This document shows positions 18,521-29,197 of a DNA stretch of 63,572 nucleotides, piece after piece. The stretch is taken from the IMG/VR virus record IMGVR_UViG_3300009788_000107, positions 1 to 63,572 of that record; one strand, written 5' to 3'. The position numbers were made by a program, and so were the translations under genes. Source of the DNA: a virus (Duplodnaviria > Caudoviricetes). How positions within the stretch are numbered: position 1 is the first letter of the stretch; each line of letters opens with the position of its first letter. The notes beneath the pieces were generated by a model. It was not told where the DNA came from and did no database searches. It was given only the letters and a program-made list of their open reading frames with translations.

Positions 18521-19083
18521 CGCTGCCGCCTGTCGTCCAGTGTCCGATTAAATAGGTCGGCGTCGTCTGATTGCGCGCCACGACCCGCGACTTGTCGCCC
18601 GCCCTTCCCATACTGCACGATTGTCTGCGCGAATATACCAAGAGAGTGAGAGTTTTTCGCGATGTAGCGGTCAGTCTCGGCGAAGAAGGGATCCATTCGC
18701 TCGACGAGGACGGCGTCGAGGTAGTGCTTCCGGAGGTCCCGAACGCTCTTCATGTCGCGAGCGACCGCGCCGGGATACTTCTCGCCGGGGTACCGGCGCT
18801 CCCACTTAGCGACGAACTGGAGACGAACCGCGTCGGTCGACGTGGTTCCCTGTGCGACGAGTTCCTCAACCTCCGACGCCGCGTCGACGAGCTGAGCCGC
18901 GAGCTTCCGAAAGTTACTGACCGCCTTGAGGATCCTCGCGTTCTTCCGCTGTTCCGCTTTCTCGATCTTGTCCGCTGGCGTTCCGTCCGTAATCTGTTTC
19001 ACTATCGTCGCCTGGTTCAGGGTATCGGATTGAGCCGCTAATCGTGAGGATGAGGCGAGAGCGGAGACCGGGATCTTTTCCAC
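18517..19083 (-). CDS. putative replication-associated protein
   Basis: C-terminal FFAETDRYIAKNSHSLGIF resembles C-termini of phage initiator-like proteins; positional context. Confidence 0.4.
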   Translation of the reverse strand: MEKIPVSALASSSRLAAQSDTLNQATIVKQITDGTPADKIEKAEQRKNARILKAVSNFRKLAAQLVDAASEVEELVAQGTTSTDAVRLQFVAKWERRYPGEKYPGAVARDMKSVRDLRKHYLDAVLVERMDPFFAETDRYIAKNSHSLGIFAQTIVQYGKGGRQVAGRGAQSDDADLFNRTLDDRRQR

Positions 19084-19152
19084 AGTGATACCCGCCCTCG
19101 TATGAATCAGGGAGCGCGTGAACCTCCATACAGTTTGGACACTGAAAGAGCT

Positions 19153-19383
19153 TCATCGTCGACGCTCGAAAAGGCGGTCGAGGACGTGTCGACTCCGGTC
19201 CAGGTGATCGAGCGCCTGGTTCCCATAGTGACCGGCCGCGATCGCGTGCGACTCTGCGGTGTTCTCGTGATGGTCTAACGCCGCCTCGCGTATTTGAGGG
19301 AAGGGAAACGACTCAAGGCTTTCAATCGCTGCGACCGCGCTCTCGCCCAGTTCGGCCGCGATGTTCGTCGCTATCGGTCTCAT
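19153..19383 (-). CDS. hypothetical protein
   Basis: 76 aa, ATGA overlaps on both sides. Confidence 0.45.
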   Translation of the reverse strand: MRPIATNIAAELGESAVAAIESLESFPFPQIREAALDHHENTAESHAIAAGHYGNQALDHLDRSRHVLDRLFERRR

Positions 19384-20009
19384 GATCGATCCTTCATCGT
19401 CTCGACGTGGAGTCGAAGGATCCCAGTGAACAGCGTCGCGAACTGTTCCGTCTCGTCGGTCCCGAGGCGAACGTTTTCCTTCACGATGATCTCACCGACC
19501 TGATAGCTCAGCGCCGACGCGAGAATATAAGCCTCCTCCTCGGGAAACTCATCACGTAACAGCGCGGCGAGTCGTAGCTGAACACGCTCGGTCCGAATGA
19601 TATACGAGGGATCGAAAGCTGGTAACACCATCACTCCCCCTTCGTGAGCCGCGACCATTTCCACTGAATCAGCAGGATATTCACCAGTGACGTGAGGAGG
19701 AAGACGACCAGCCATCCGACGCTCCGACTCTCGACCGAGACATACACACACCCAATAATCGAAACCGCCAGCGAGAAGATCGCCTTCTTCATGATCCCGC
19801 CTTTGTGAGTTCGTCGAGGCGTGTGACGATCGCCTCGTCGACAAAGCCGTCGATATCGCTCGCGTGAAACACGAGGAGCTGAGCGAGGAGTTTTAGTGAC
19901 TCCTCCCATGAGAGTATGACCTCGCCGGTTCCGTGTTGGATTCTCACTTGTCGTTCTACTTTCATTCGCTTATCCGTTCGTCTGATTTCGTCCTAGATTG
20001 GATCCGGTT

Positions 20010-20340
20010 GCTGTTTTGAGACAGAGCGACTCCGTAGGGGAATCGCTCTCCCTCGTGCGCCCTGAGTTCTACCGGAGCGTATGAGTCCGCGAGCCGGACG
20101 GTCCGACCGCTCGCGTTTCGCCAGCTTCTTCGAGCGTCGTCGCTCGTGCGATCAGGAGCTGGCTCTTCGCGCCTCCCGCCAGGCTGTGACCGCGCCGCCC
20201 GATAGCCTGGTTCCGCCAATACAGGTCCCTCGGCCGGAGTTCTGCCTGGACCCGCTGAAGATTTGCTTTCTAGGTACCTGGGAGGGGAGAATAGCGGGAC
20301 ACAGGGAAGCGGTTCCCAACCGTGACCCGCTGACTTCCGT
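20010..20340. ncRNA. candidate structured RNA / cis element (series of hairpins)
   Basis: Stems AGAGCGA(20023)/TCGCTCT(20043); CGCGAGC(20088)/GCTCGCG(20109) enclosing CGGAC/GTCCG; GCCAGCT(20120)/AGCTGGC(20157) enclosing CGAGCG/CGCTCG; CCAGGCT(20179)/AGCCTGG(20204); AGCGGG(20293)/CCCGCT(20326). No convincing ORF. Confidence 0.45.
20268..20283. promoter_or_regulatory. palindromic motif copy 2 (TTCTAGGTACCTGGGA)
   Basis: Reverse complement of the copy at 54634-54649. Confidence 0.5.
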
Positions 20341-20411
20341 CTCAAGTCTTCGCGCCGTCGAGTCTTCAGCTCGGCGGCGTTGTGCTTTGTACCTCATTCC
20401 TTCCTCGGCCG

Positions 20412-20606
20412 TCAATCGGAAACGATCTCGCGGAGCCGGTCGAGCGTCATCTGAACCGCCTCCTCCTCGCTTTCGTTCGAGACAGTCGCGCCAGGAGGGA
20501 CGACCATCCGGTGTAGAAACTCGAAGTCCGAGAGGAGCGACGGTCGTTCCTCTAGGCGAGCGATCATCATTCGGAGGATGCTTCGTTGTGCGAGCGGTTT
20601 GTTCAT
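20412..20606 (-). CDS. hypothetical protein
   Basis: 64 aa with GGAGAG RBS. Confidence 0.45.
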   Translation of the reverse strand: MNKPLAQRSILRMMIARLEERPSLLSDFEFLHRMVVPPGATVSNESEEEAVQMTLDRLREIVSD

Positions 20607-20826
20607 TCGTCTCTCCTGGCGATCGGACCGTACCCGAATGGGAAACGAGACGTCGTCGTTCGGTCCGACACGAGGGTTCAGCCGCCCATGTCTTCTTATT
20701 CCATCCCCGCGATCTTTCCGAGTAACTCGATCACAATATCGAGCCGCTGGAGAACCGCGATCGCCAGGACGACGCCCGTCGTGATAGCGATCGACCAGAA
20801 CAGGAAGTACGGCCCGTTCCCTTTCT

Positions 20827-21069
20827 TCATAGCTTCCTTGCCTTCTCGACGTACCGAATCAGCCGGATCAGGTTCGGCTTGTGTTCCGTGACCGCGTGAC
20901 GCGTCTCGCTCCCGACCTTCTCGCCCGCTGGCGCTCGGAGGATCAGCTTCGACCCGTGCATCCGAACCTCGTACCCGTGATCCTCCAGGTCCCAGAGACA
21001 TTCGATCGCCGGACGTGGAACCATGAACCCGCCCTTCAGTGAGACGACCTCGACTTTAGTTTTTGACAT
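20827..21069 (-). CDS. small protein, TubC-N/primase-associated-like
   Basis: LEDHGYEVRMHGSKLILRAP...TEHKPNLIRLI pattern. Confidence 0.5.
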   Translation of the reverse strand: MSKTKVEVVSLKGGFMVPRPAIECLWDLEDHGYEVRMHGSKLILRAPAGEKVGSETRHAVTEHKPNLIRLIRYVEKARKL

Positions 21070-21266
21070 TCACGATCGAGAACGATCTGGTGAGCGCGTC
21101 TCCGAATCTCAAACCCGATCGCTTCGAGGTCCGCCAGGACGAACACCAGAAGCCTCGACTTCGCCGCGAAGACGAACCGGTGTCTGTGATACCGAATCGA
21201 TCCGACAACCTCGCCGCCCCGATACACCGTTCCGTCCTTCCTAAAGCGAAGCGACACAGCGACATT

Positions 21267-22040
21267 CTAGAAGACGCCCTGAGCCGAGCCCTCGAGCCCG
21301 GTGTCGACACGGTCCGGACAGGCGGGAATCTCGCACCATCTACACTCCTTCTTCGACCCGACGCGCGCCGGAGCTTCCGGAGCGGCGAAGACTCGGACCA
21401 GCTCAAAGATCCGCTGTTTCGCTTCGGACGTGATATGAACGAGCTTCTCGTCGTCTGTGTACCGAACCTCTCCGAAGAACTTCAGGTTCGCCCACGCCTT
21501 TTTCGCGAACGGGATCAGCGCGATATAGATCCGGACTTGCCAGCGGTCTTTCCCTTTCTGTTTCCCGGTCTTCGCGTCGACGATCAGAACGTCGTCGTTC
21601 TTCCTCGCGACGATATCGGGTTTCCCTGAGACCGTCGCCGCGTCGCCGTTCACCTTCATCGCGTTCTGATCTTCGATCGTGACGTTCCAGCCTTCGGCGA
21701 TCAGCTCGGTCGCCCGCTTCGCCACGAGCGCCGCGTGTTTCCGTTTCCACTCGTCCAGGTCCGAGTCTTCTTTCGGATACTTGAAGTGAGTCTTGAACCA
21801 GCCCGCGTACTGACACTGTTCCTCGCCGTCGAGCGGACCACAGAGCCACGTCACCCAAATATAGGGGAACCCTCGCGGCTCGACGCCCTCAGCCTTCGTC
21901 GGGTCGAGAACCTTCGGCTCGACGGGTTCGATGGTCGGCGCGATCGCGTCGGGATCACCGACCGTCTGAACGTTCTTCTTTGCGGACTTCCCCGCCGCCT
22001 TCTTCTTCGCCGCCTTCTTCTTAGGCACCTTCTTCGACAC
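21267..22040 (-). CDS. PD-(D/E)XK nuclease (Cas4/RecB-like)
   Basis: SGKPDIV....VLIVDAKTG......QVRIY and C-terminal ECRWCEIPAC. Confidence 0.8.
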   Translation of the reverse strand: MSKKVPKKKAAKKKAAGKSAKKNVQTVGDPDAIAPTIEPVEPKVLDPTKAEGVEPRGFPYIWVTWLCGPLDGEEQCQYAGWFKTHFKYPKEDSDLDEWKRKHAALVAKRATELIAEGWNVTIEDQNAMKVNGDAATVSGKPDIVARKNDDVLIVDAKTGKQKGKDRWQVRIYIALIPFAKKAWANLKFFGEVRYTDDEKLVHITSEAKQRIFELVRVFAAPEAPARVGSKKECRWCEIPACPDRVDTGLEGSAQGVF

Positions 22041-22727
22041 GCCGCGTCTCCTTGTATTGATCCGCCCTTGCAAGCGCGAGCGCCGTCTGCCACTTCTCGA
22101 CCATGTAAAGGGCTAGCTCGATCCTCTCGTCAGTTGTCAGCTCGAAGTCTTCACACAGGTCGCCGTCGTACCCGTAGTGAAGCGTGAGCGCTTTCGGGTT
22201 CAGTCCTATCGCTCCCCATATATCCAACCGTCTGCCAGAGCTGAACACCAGCCGCTCGCGTATCTGCCCGTGTGGTCGTTCTTCTTCTTCGACTTTCATT
22301 CTTCCCCCCTCACCGCTTCCCTCTCCTGAGATTCCCGGCGCGACCCCGACAGACCCGCGAACAGTACCGCGCCGTCCGGTACTCGGGTACGAACTGGCGA
22401 CCACAATGATCACAGCGCCAGTACTCCCCGTCGCCGACCATCGTCGCGAGGTACCCGTGTTGTCGGTCGCTCATCTCGTCGTCCGGTCTGACCGGCTCGC
22501 GCCTCACTTGTCCTTCCTCAGCTCGTCGCCGTACCGGAGGAGTCGCTGGATCTCTTCGTCGAGCGGTTCGAGTACCGGATACGAGATGAACGGATCCGAA
22601 CACAGTGGTGGGATCAGAGGCGGGGATTCGACGGCACACTCGGGCGGGAGTCCGTTCTGGATCTGCTCACGAGCGGCCTGAAGTCCCACGGTAAACGAGT
22701 CGAGGACGATAGCTAGCTGTTCGTTCG

Positions 22728-23669
22728 TCATATCGATCGATACCTCGGGTCGCGTTTACAGATCACGCCAGGGATCCGAATCTCCCCGTCGTGAGCGGCG
22801 GCGAGCGCGGTTAGCCAGGGAGCCGGGACGAGGTCCCCCTTCGAGCGCGTCGCGCTGTTCTTCGTCTCCCGCTTCAGGTTCAGCGCCGCGATGGGGATCT
22901 CGGCGAGCTTCTGTTTCGCGAGTCCCTTCGCGATCTCCATCAGCTCGGGGTTCGAGGCGACGATCGCCGCGACCAGGAGGCCGGGATCGTCCACCAGGAC
23001 GAGATAGTTCTCAGCGACCGTCCCCTTCCCCTTCTCACCGCCGAGCGCCTCCTTCCGAGCGCGTTCGGCGGCGGCGTCCGCGTCGGGGAGCGCCTGGTCG
23101 CGGAGCGCCTGAGCCTCGGCCTTGAAGTCGACCCGGTCCCCTCGGCTCTTCGACTTCTTCGCCGCCCGGTCGAGCTTCTTCGCCTCCCGCTCATTCTCGG
23201 CCGCTTGCTGGCGAGCTTCCTCCTTAGCCTCCTCCCTGGCGAAACGAGCCTTCTCGTCGGCCTGAGCCTCAGTAAAGGCGACGATCGCGTTCCTGAGCGC
23301 CTTCTCGACCGCCTGGCGGGGTTTCTCGTGAGCGGCGACGTAGGCGCGGAGAGTCTTCACCATCTCATCGGACCGCGCCTTGAGCCTGGCGTACGTCGGA
23401 TCGGTCTTCAGATCCTTCGACCAGGCCGAGAGGCCCGCGACCAGATCCCGCGCTGAGGAGGCCTGAGCGTCGTCCTGAAGGGCGAACGAGAACTCATCCG
23501 ACCCCTCGGTCGTCACGGTCGGGAGCGCGCTCGCGAGCTTCAGGAGGCGGTTTAGGGCGGACGGCCTGAAAGGTGTCAGGTTTGCCGCGTTCAGGCGGCG
23601 AAGCTCCAGCGTCCCCTCCGTTTTGAGAGTCGCGAGAGCTGTCAAAGAGGTCCGTTTCGCTTTAGTCAC
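22728..23669 (-). CDS. coiled-coil phage protein of the recombination cluster
   Basis: Long Ala/Glu/Lys-rich helical region with C-terminal IPGV; probable GTG start at 23669. Confidence 0.6.
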   Translation of the reverse strand: MTKAKRTSLTALATLKTEGTLELRRLNAANLTPFRPSALNRLLKLASALPTVTTEGSDEFSFALQDDAQASSARDLVAGLSAWSKDLKTDPTYARLKARSDEMVKTLRAYVAAHEKPRQAVEKALRNAIVAFTEAQADEKARFAREEAKEEARQQAAENEREAKKLDRAAKKSKSRGDRVDFKAEAQALRDQALPDADAAAERARKEALGGEKGKGTVAENYLVLVDDPGLLVAAIVASNPELMEIAKGLAKQKLAEIPIAALNLKRETKNSATRSKGDLVPAPWLTALAAAHDGEIRIPGVICKRDPRYRSI

Positions 23670-23670
23670 G

Positions 23671-24045
23671 TCATTCCTTTCGTCTTTGAATCCTGGCCCG
23701 CTCCCTCGAACAATCGTGGCATTCACCATTCGGAGAGTTCGCCGGGAAAAAGCTAAGGGGTTTCGGTTGTTTGCAGTCCCAGCACATCCGATCACGGTTC
23801 GGATCGCCGCCAGCCCTGAGTATTCGTGTTCTCACGTGGAGGAGGGAGTGATACGCCGCGTCTTGGTATATCACTAGGTTCCTGTTTTGATTGTCGTTCC
23901 TGACCTGGTTGACGTGATGAACTGGGCAGCTCCCGTCGAGTTCCCGCCCAAGGGCTCTTTCAGCAACCAACCGATGCTCGTAACTCCGGCGCCCACCCTC
24001 CCCAGCTCGACCTCCGCGACGAGTCTGCACCGGCCTCGGCTTCAT
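23671..24045 (-). CDS. HNH homing endonuclease
   Basis: YEHRLVAERALGREL....VHHVN..RNDN...NL. Confidence 0.8.
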   Translation of the reverse strand: MKPRPVQTRRGGRAGEGGRRSYEHRLVAERALGRELDGSCPVHHVNQVRNDNQNRNLVIYQDAAYHSLLHVRTRILRAGGDPNRDRMCWDCKQPKPLSFFPANSPNGECHDCSRERARIQRRKE

Positions 24046-24731
24046 CGGATCCTGTCCAACTGTTCGAGCGGACCATTCCGCGCCGGATCGTGACACTCTT
24101 TGCGCCACGTCTTTAGGCATTCGAGAAACTCGTCAAAGTCGGCGAAGTTCTCGTTCCACTTCAAGCGATAATCACCGTTCGATTTGAGCTGAAGGATCGC
24201 CCGCTTCCTGTTCGAGCGTCGCTTGTCGTACGCCAGAATCTCGGCGGCGCTCTGAAGCTCGTTCGCGTGAGCTGGCGCGCCGGTCTTGATGTTCATCACC
24301 ATCGGCCCGCGACCGCGACACGCGCCGACGCGATCGATAATCGTCGCGAACCCGAGCTTCCGGTGAAACGCGCCGAGCTCGATCCGGTCATACCTGGGAC
24401 GCTCCTCGGCGAGAAACTTCAGATAGGCAAGACACCAGGGACGGAGCGGACCCTCGACCGTGTTCAGGTCGACGAGGCCGAGGTCGTGGTCCTCGGTGAG
24501 CTGATGTACTAGGGAGCCGCGTTCTCGCGCTTCGTGAGGGATCCACTTGTCGTCGAACCGGTTCGCGGTCTTGAGGATCTCCGTCGTCCCTGGGAGGTAG
24601 TACCGCCGCTCGCCATGCTCGAGCCAGTACTGATGCAGGCGGGAGTCGAATCGGAACTTTCCAGGGAGCGCCATCAGGTGATCTGGAATCGCTCGCCGCA
24701 TTTCGGACAGCGAACGTTTCGGCCTCCCCAT
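24042..24731 (-). CDS. PD-(D/E)XK exonuclease-like protein
   Basis: FDSRLHQY...LPGTTEIL...ARERGSLVH...FATIIDRV...NIKTG......LQSAA. Confidence 0.7.
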   Translation of the reverse strand: MGRPKRSLSEMRRAIPDHLMALPGKFRFDSRLHQYWLEHGERRYYLPGTTEILKTANRFDDKWIPHEARERGSLVHQLTEDHDLGLVDLNTVEGPLRPWCLAYLKFLAEERPRYDRIELGAFHRKLGFATIIDRVGACRGRGPMVMNIKTGAPAHANELQSAAEILAYDKRRSNRKRAILQLKSNGDYRLKWNENFADFDEFLECLKTWRKECHDPARNGPLEQLDRIR

Positions 24732-25180
24732 TTCGTCGGTCGTGGTGTGTGTTGCTGGCGCGAACCTGGGATCGTTCGCCCTGTCTGACGAATCGTCTCG
24801 TCTTTCGTCCAGTCCTGATCGGCGGCGCGGTCGAGGAGTCCTCGGCGCTGAGACTCCGGCGCGGCGAGTAGCTCGCGATAGACCGACCAGGCGAGGCCGG
24901 GTTTCCGAAGGCGGCGCGGGAACTGTCGAGCGACGCGGACACATTGACTCACCCATTCGTACGATCGGCTGAAGGCCTTCGCGACGTCGTAGTACGTCGA
25001 GTCGTCCGACCAGCCGCGTTCTTCGCCGTACACCAGCCAGTCACCGACGACAAAGTTCAGCGCGTTTCCCATCCTGAAGAGCGTCCGTCCGTACGCGTCC
25101 CATACTTGGTGACTCGGCTCCCCGTGAGGAACGAGGCCCTCGTTCCCCATCGCGAATCGAGGCGTCCTGTCGACCGTCAC
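24674..25180 (-). CDS. LmbU-like DNA-binding regulator
   Basis: GDWLVYGEERG...VRVARQFP..LR..GLAWS.YREL, with a C-terminal CPKCG. Confidence 0.65.
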   Translation of the reverse strand: MTVDRTPRFAMGNEGLVPHGEPSHQVWDAYGRTLFRMGNALNFVVGDWLVYGEERGWSDDSTYYDVAKAFSRSYEWVSQCVRVARQFPRRLRKPGLAWSVYRELLAAPESQRRGLLDRAADQDWTKDETIRQTGRTIPGSRQQHTPRPTKWGGRNVRCPKCGERFQIT

Positions 25181-25571
25181 GAGCGACGAAGGTCCGCAAG
25201 TTGTTTTGAGTACGCAGCGTTGATCGCGAGGACCCGCTCGAACAGTTTCTCTCGGAGCCTTGTCGAGGCTTCGTCCTTCTCTTGATCAGTGAGTGGTTCG
25301 ACCACGGTCGCCTCCGATGTCGTCAAGCTCGGCGAGTTCACGCTTCCACTTGTCGCGCAAGGCTCCCGCCTCGACGAGTAGCTTCGTTGACCCCTCCGAC
25401 GTTCCAGTTTGTTGGATCACTTTCTCAGCGATCTCGATCGTGAACTCGGCGCGAACTATCGAGTCTTCGAGAAAGCGTCGCAGGTTTCTCTCCAGCTCGA
25501 ACAGTTCCACTTCGGTATCGGCTAGACGTCGGTCGTCGTTCATCGTCGGAGACCAGCGGCCCACGCGAGGT

Positions 25572-25841
25572 CTACCTTCTCCACTTATCGGAATCCTTAC
25601 AGGTGGAGAAATGGCTCACGTGATCGCCGAGTCGACCGCTGAGCTTGACCTCGGCGGCGGTCACGATATCACCGTTCAGATCCGCGACTCGATCCGTTCG
25701 ACTGAACGCGAGATCGTGTCCGTCGAGGATGTTCGACTTTCCGGTCGCGACGTTCACGACCCACGTTACCGGCTGGCGACAGCTCCGACACTCCGATTCG
25801 TTCGGCGCTTTCCCCGCGCCCTCGCGCTTTAGATAGATCCA
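25572..25841 (-). CDS. small Zn-binding phage protein
   Basis: CRSCRQPVTW...SHFSTC; start approximate. Confidence 0.5.
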   Translation of the reverse strand, partial: WIYLKREGAGKAPNESECRSCRQPVTWVVNVATGKSNILDGHDLAFSRTDRVADLNGDIVTAAEVKLSGRLGDHVSHFSTCKDSDKWRR

Positions 25842-26370
25842 CACTATCGAGCCTCTCTTTCGGGACCGCTGAGATGTGTCGTGGGAACGATGGTGAGTTC
25901 TTCGGGACCGACCCTCGGACACTTCGCCTCGACAATCACGCCGCGAAACCTCCAATCCGGTTCGCCTGGGATCCTCAGCGAGTACGCGTGATCGGCTGTC
26001 GGCGCATCGCGAGGAATAAAGCGGATATAGTCGAACCGAAACCGGATCATCGGACGCCGCGTGCTGAGTTCACGAAGACCGATCGTCGCAACCGCGCCGA
26101 CGATACGGCGACCGCACAGGAGGAGCGCTGGTCCGGTCGACCTGGTTTTTCCTGATCGCCCGCCCATCAGGAGATGTTCCCTTTCAACGATGAACAGACG
26201 CGAGACCACGCCATGTACAGACGACCCAGGATCTCGAGTGTCATCTCGCCGTCGAGGTCGACGTCGCGGATGTCGATATGTAGCTCGTCGTCAACCATCT
26301 CGAGGAAGGTTCGGATCGTCATGGTGTCCCGCCCATCAGCGGAGCCTCCGGATCACGTCTGCCGGACCGC

Positions 26371-26703
26371 TCATCGAACCACACGAAACCGGATCACCTT
26401 CACGACCAGCGACGGATCCCAGATCCCGACCCGCTTCCGCCAGGACGTGACGAACTCCGCGACGGAGTCGTAGCCCTCGGCGCGAGCCGCCGCCCGTGTG
26501 AGTGTCGACAGACGCTCCTCGTCGATCTTGAGGATCTCCAGCTTGGCGAACTCCTCGGCCTTCTTCTCTTTGCCCTCCCCGCGCTCGACGGTCGCCGACT
26601 GGATCGACCCGACCTTGAACTTCACAGTCGGCCAGTCGCGCCGCGTTTCGATCTTTCGTCCGTCCATGATTCTCTCGACGTGCTTCGCGGCAAACTTCAT
26701 CAT
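26371..26703 (-). CDS. ASCH/PUA-like domain protein
   Basis: IMDGRKIETRR...AARAEGYDS..EF...W...VIRF. Confidence 0.8.
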   Translation of the reverse strand: MMKFAAKHVERIMDGRKIETRRDWPTVKFKVGSIQSATVERGEGKEKKAEEFAKLEILKIDEERLSTLTRAAARAEGYDSVAEFVTSWRKRVGIWDPSLVVKVIRFRVVR

Positions 26704-27758
26704 CAGACTTCCACGACCTTCCCCTCTGAAACTTCTCCTGTTTTCGTGTCGACGTTATCCGGAGGCGCTTCCTCGAGGATCACGTCGTATGGTGCGCTGA
26801 TCCACTCCTTCACCGCTTTGAACTGAGACTTCAGGATCTCCTTCTTCGACGAGTATCCGAACTGGGCCTTCAGAAAATCCTTCAGCGCCTTGTCGGTGAT
26901 CTCGTGCGTCCTCGCGTGACCGATGAGGTTCTTCAGCGCGCCCTCAGTGATCGGTCCGTCGCCAGCTGGCTGAACCGACGTTGTGTGTCGCACGTCGGCC
27001 CGCGAAGCGGCGTCCTCGTCCTCGTCCTGGCGCGGCCGAGTCTTCGCGGCGAGTCGTCCCTTCGCGGTCGGCCGCTGGTAGCGGTCGGCATTCGGTGAGT
27101 TCGGATCGATATCGATCTCGTCGTCGAACGGTTCGCCTTCGACATTCCGCCAGCCGTCCGAGCTACGCTGGCGCTTCACATACACGCCGTTCTCGCGCCG
27201 GAACCTCGCGGTCCAGCGACCGTTCCAGCATTCGTTCGCCATGCCGATATCTTTCACACAGCGGACGAGGCCGTTTGACTTCGCGGATTCGAGCGCCTTT
27301 CCCCAGGAGTGTTTCTTGTTCGACGCCTGGTATCGTCCCTCGCCGAAGGCCTTCGCGACGGCGACGCCGTTCACGTACAGGCGACAGAGGATGATCACGC
27401 GCCCGCCCTTCTCGACGGGAGGGTCGAAGTCGAGACCCCAGTTCCCCGGCCGGAAGGTTTTGTTCAGTTTGTTTCGGACGTGAATCTGCGGAATGTAGAC
27501 CTCACCGCCTGGGAGGATCTCCAGCTCGTCGACGGTGAAGGGTTCGAGAATCGTCTCGACCTGCGTCGGTGTCCAGTTCGATCGGCTGAGCCCTTGCGCC
27601 GCGAGGGACGCGTCGCCGCCGATCTTCTCGAGCGCGATCTGATCGGGTCGAGCCTGGCGGGAGAGCTTCCGGGGTTTTACCTGAGCGAGCGCCCGAGATG
27701 ACGCCGGGTCTTCCGCTCGAGCTGTCCGCTTCCGAACCTTCCCGCTTTGTCCGCCCAT
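26703..27758 (-). CDS. Mgm101/Rad52-superfamily single-strand annealing protein
   Basis: LEILPGGEVYIPQIHVRNKLNKTFRPGNWGL...ALESAKSNGLVRCVKDIGMANECW parallels the Mgm101 core. Confidence 0.8.
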   Translation of the reverse strand: MGGQSGKVRKRTARAEDPASSRALAQVKPRKLSRQARPDQIALEKIGGDASLAAQGLSRSNWTPTQVETILEPFTVDELEILPGGEVYIPQIHVRNKLNKTFRPGNWGLDFDPPVEKGGRVIILCRLYVNGVAVAKAFGEGRYQASNKKHSWGKALESAKSNGLVRCVKDIGMANECWNGRWTARFRRENGVYVKRQRSSDGWRNVEGEPFDDEIDIDPNSPNADRYQRPTAKGRLAAKTRPRQDEDEDAASRADVRHTTSVQPAGDGPITEGALKNLIGHARTHEITDKALKDFLKAQFGYSSKKEILKSQFKAVKEWISAPYDVILEEAPPDNVDTKTGEVSEGKVVEV

Positions 27759-28084
27759 CAGCGAATCCTCTTCTCGACGTCGGCGAGCGCGTCCTCGTTC
27801 GCGACGAGGGTCCGCTTCTGTCTGTCGAGGATCTTCCCGTACCAGATCAGAATGTCGTGTATCCGGTAAAGGATCTCCTGCTCGATCCGTTCATAGCAAC
27901 AGTCACAAACCTGGAGACCGGCGAAGTCGGTATGAGCGATCGACACGTCGGAGAACCCGCCGCTCGGGTCGTTCGGATCCTCTCGGTCGGTGTAGTCAGT
28001 AAGACAGAACCCACAGGTGATGTTCCCGACCGTCGACACGCCACAGCCGCCGCCGAACAGCTCGGGGGAATCCTCGTGTCTCAC
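27758..28084 (-). CDS. hypothetical protein
   Basis: 108 aa with CxxC motifs, abutting the annealing-protein gene. Confidence 0.5.
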   Translation of the reverse strand: MRHEDSPELFGGGCGVSTVGNITCGFCLTDYTDREDPNDPSGGFSDVSIAHTDFAGLQVCDCCYERIEQEILYRIHDILIWYGKILDRQKRTLVANEDALADVEKRIR

Positions 28085-28900
28085 ACCTATTCCCCGTGTT
28101 CCACTCGCGAGAGCTGGCGCGCTGGCGAGTCGACGTGTTCACAGTTCTTCGGGAGGTCGGCGCTCCCGCAACACGGACAGTACGAGTGCTCGACGTCCTT
28201 CGGGTGATACGTCTTCCGCCGACAGAGCGGACAGAGATAGAAGCTCATTCGACACTCCTCATAGCGTCGTGAAGTTCGACCGTCCGCTCGCCTTTGTTGT
28301 AACGCTCAGATAATGGAGCGAACACACCAGCCAGCGCGATCTCGACGTTCACGCCTTGAACGCCTCGCAGATCGAGGTACTGTCTTTCGACGCCGTCGAA
28401 GTGTTTCTTCGCGCTCGTCCAATCGAGATCGCTCATACGCTAGGCCTCGGCCGAGGCGCGGTCTCCCCGCTCGGTTTCGGTTTTCGGATTCGCTTCGTCT
28501 TCTTCTTCTTCGCTTTCGACATACAGACCTCGCAGGTCGTCGCCTGGGGAAACAGCGACCGATCGGAACCTGGGATGATTCCCCTGCACAAGGGACAGTA
28601 TTCAGTCCGCGCCCGCCTCGCTCCGCTCATTTCGATCGGAGACAGCTCACGAGGTCATCCCAGAGGGACGACGTCGGCGGCGGCGAGGAGGCCGAGACCG
28701 CGTTCGCGTACTTCCGCGTGTGTCCCGCCCGGTGAAGGTTCTCGTGATCGCGACCGGTCATCGCTCGATAGCCCTTCCGCTTGGTTCGGTCGATCTCCTT
28801 TATTCGCTTTCGGTTCATAGCTGCAACCAGAGCGCCCGCAACGCCGCGAACAGCGCGATCACCAACAAGACGGCGACGACTTGATCCAGAAACCACTCCA

Positions 28901-29197
28901 TTAGTCAGCGAGCCAGGCCTTCACCTTCTCCGGTGAGCCGTAGCACGGCGACGGGAGACACCAGTTCAGGTATCGGACCAGGTCGGGAAGCGCCGTCTCG
29001 CTGAACATTTCGGCTCGACTGAACGCGTCGACGAGATCGTTCTGGAGGACCGCCATCAGAAAGGACCCGACCGGTATCCGGTCGCGAACGTAGGCGTCGA
29101 GACCCGAGAGAAGGAGCGCGGGAACTTTGGCGCGAGCCTCCGCGATCGCCTCGTCGCTCAAGTCGTGAACGTAGCCGTCCGGAAACTCAGACCGCAT
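28901..29197 (-). CDS. conserved phage hypothetical protein
   Basis: GLDAYVRDRIPVGSFLMAVLQNDL...CYGSPEKVKAW motif. Confidence 0.7.
   Translation of the reverse strand: MRSEFPDGYVHDLSDEAIAEARAKVPALLLSGLDAYVRDRIPVGSFLMAVLQNDLVDAFSRAEMFSETALPDLVRYLNWCLPSPCYGSPEKVKAWLAD

Noticed and set aside
21267-22040. Cas4-like nuclease as part of a CRISPR system
   Set aside because: No other cas genes or array; stand-alone PD-(D/E)XK nucleases are common in phage recombination regions.
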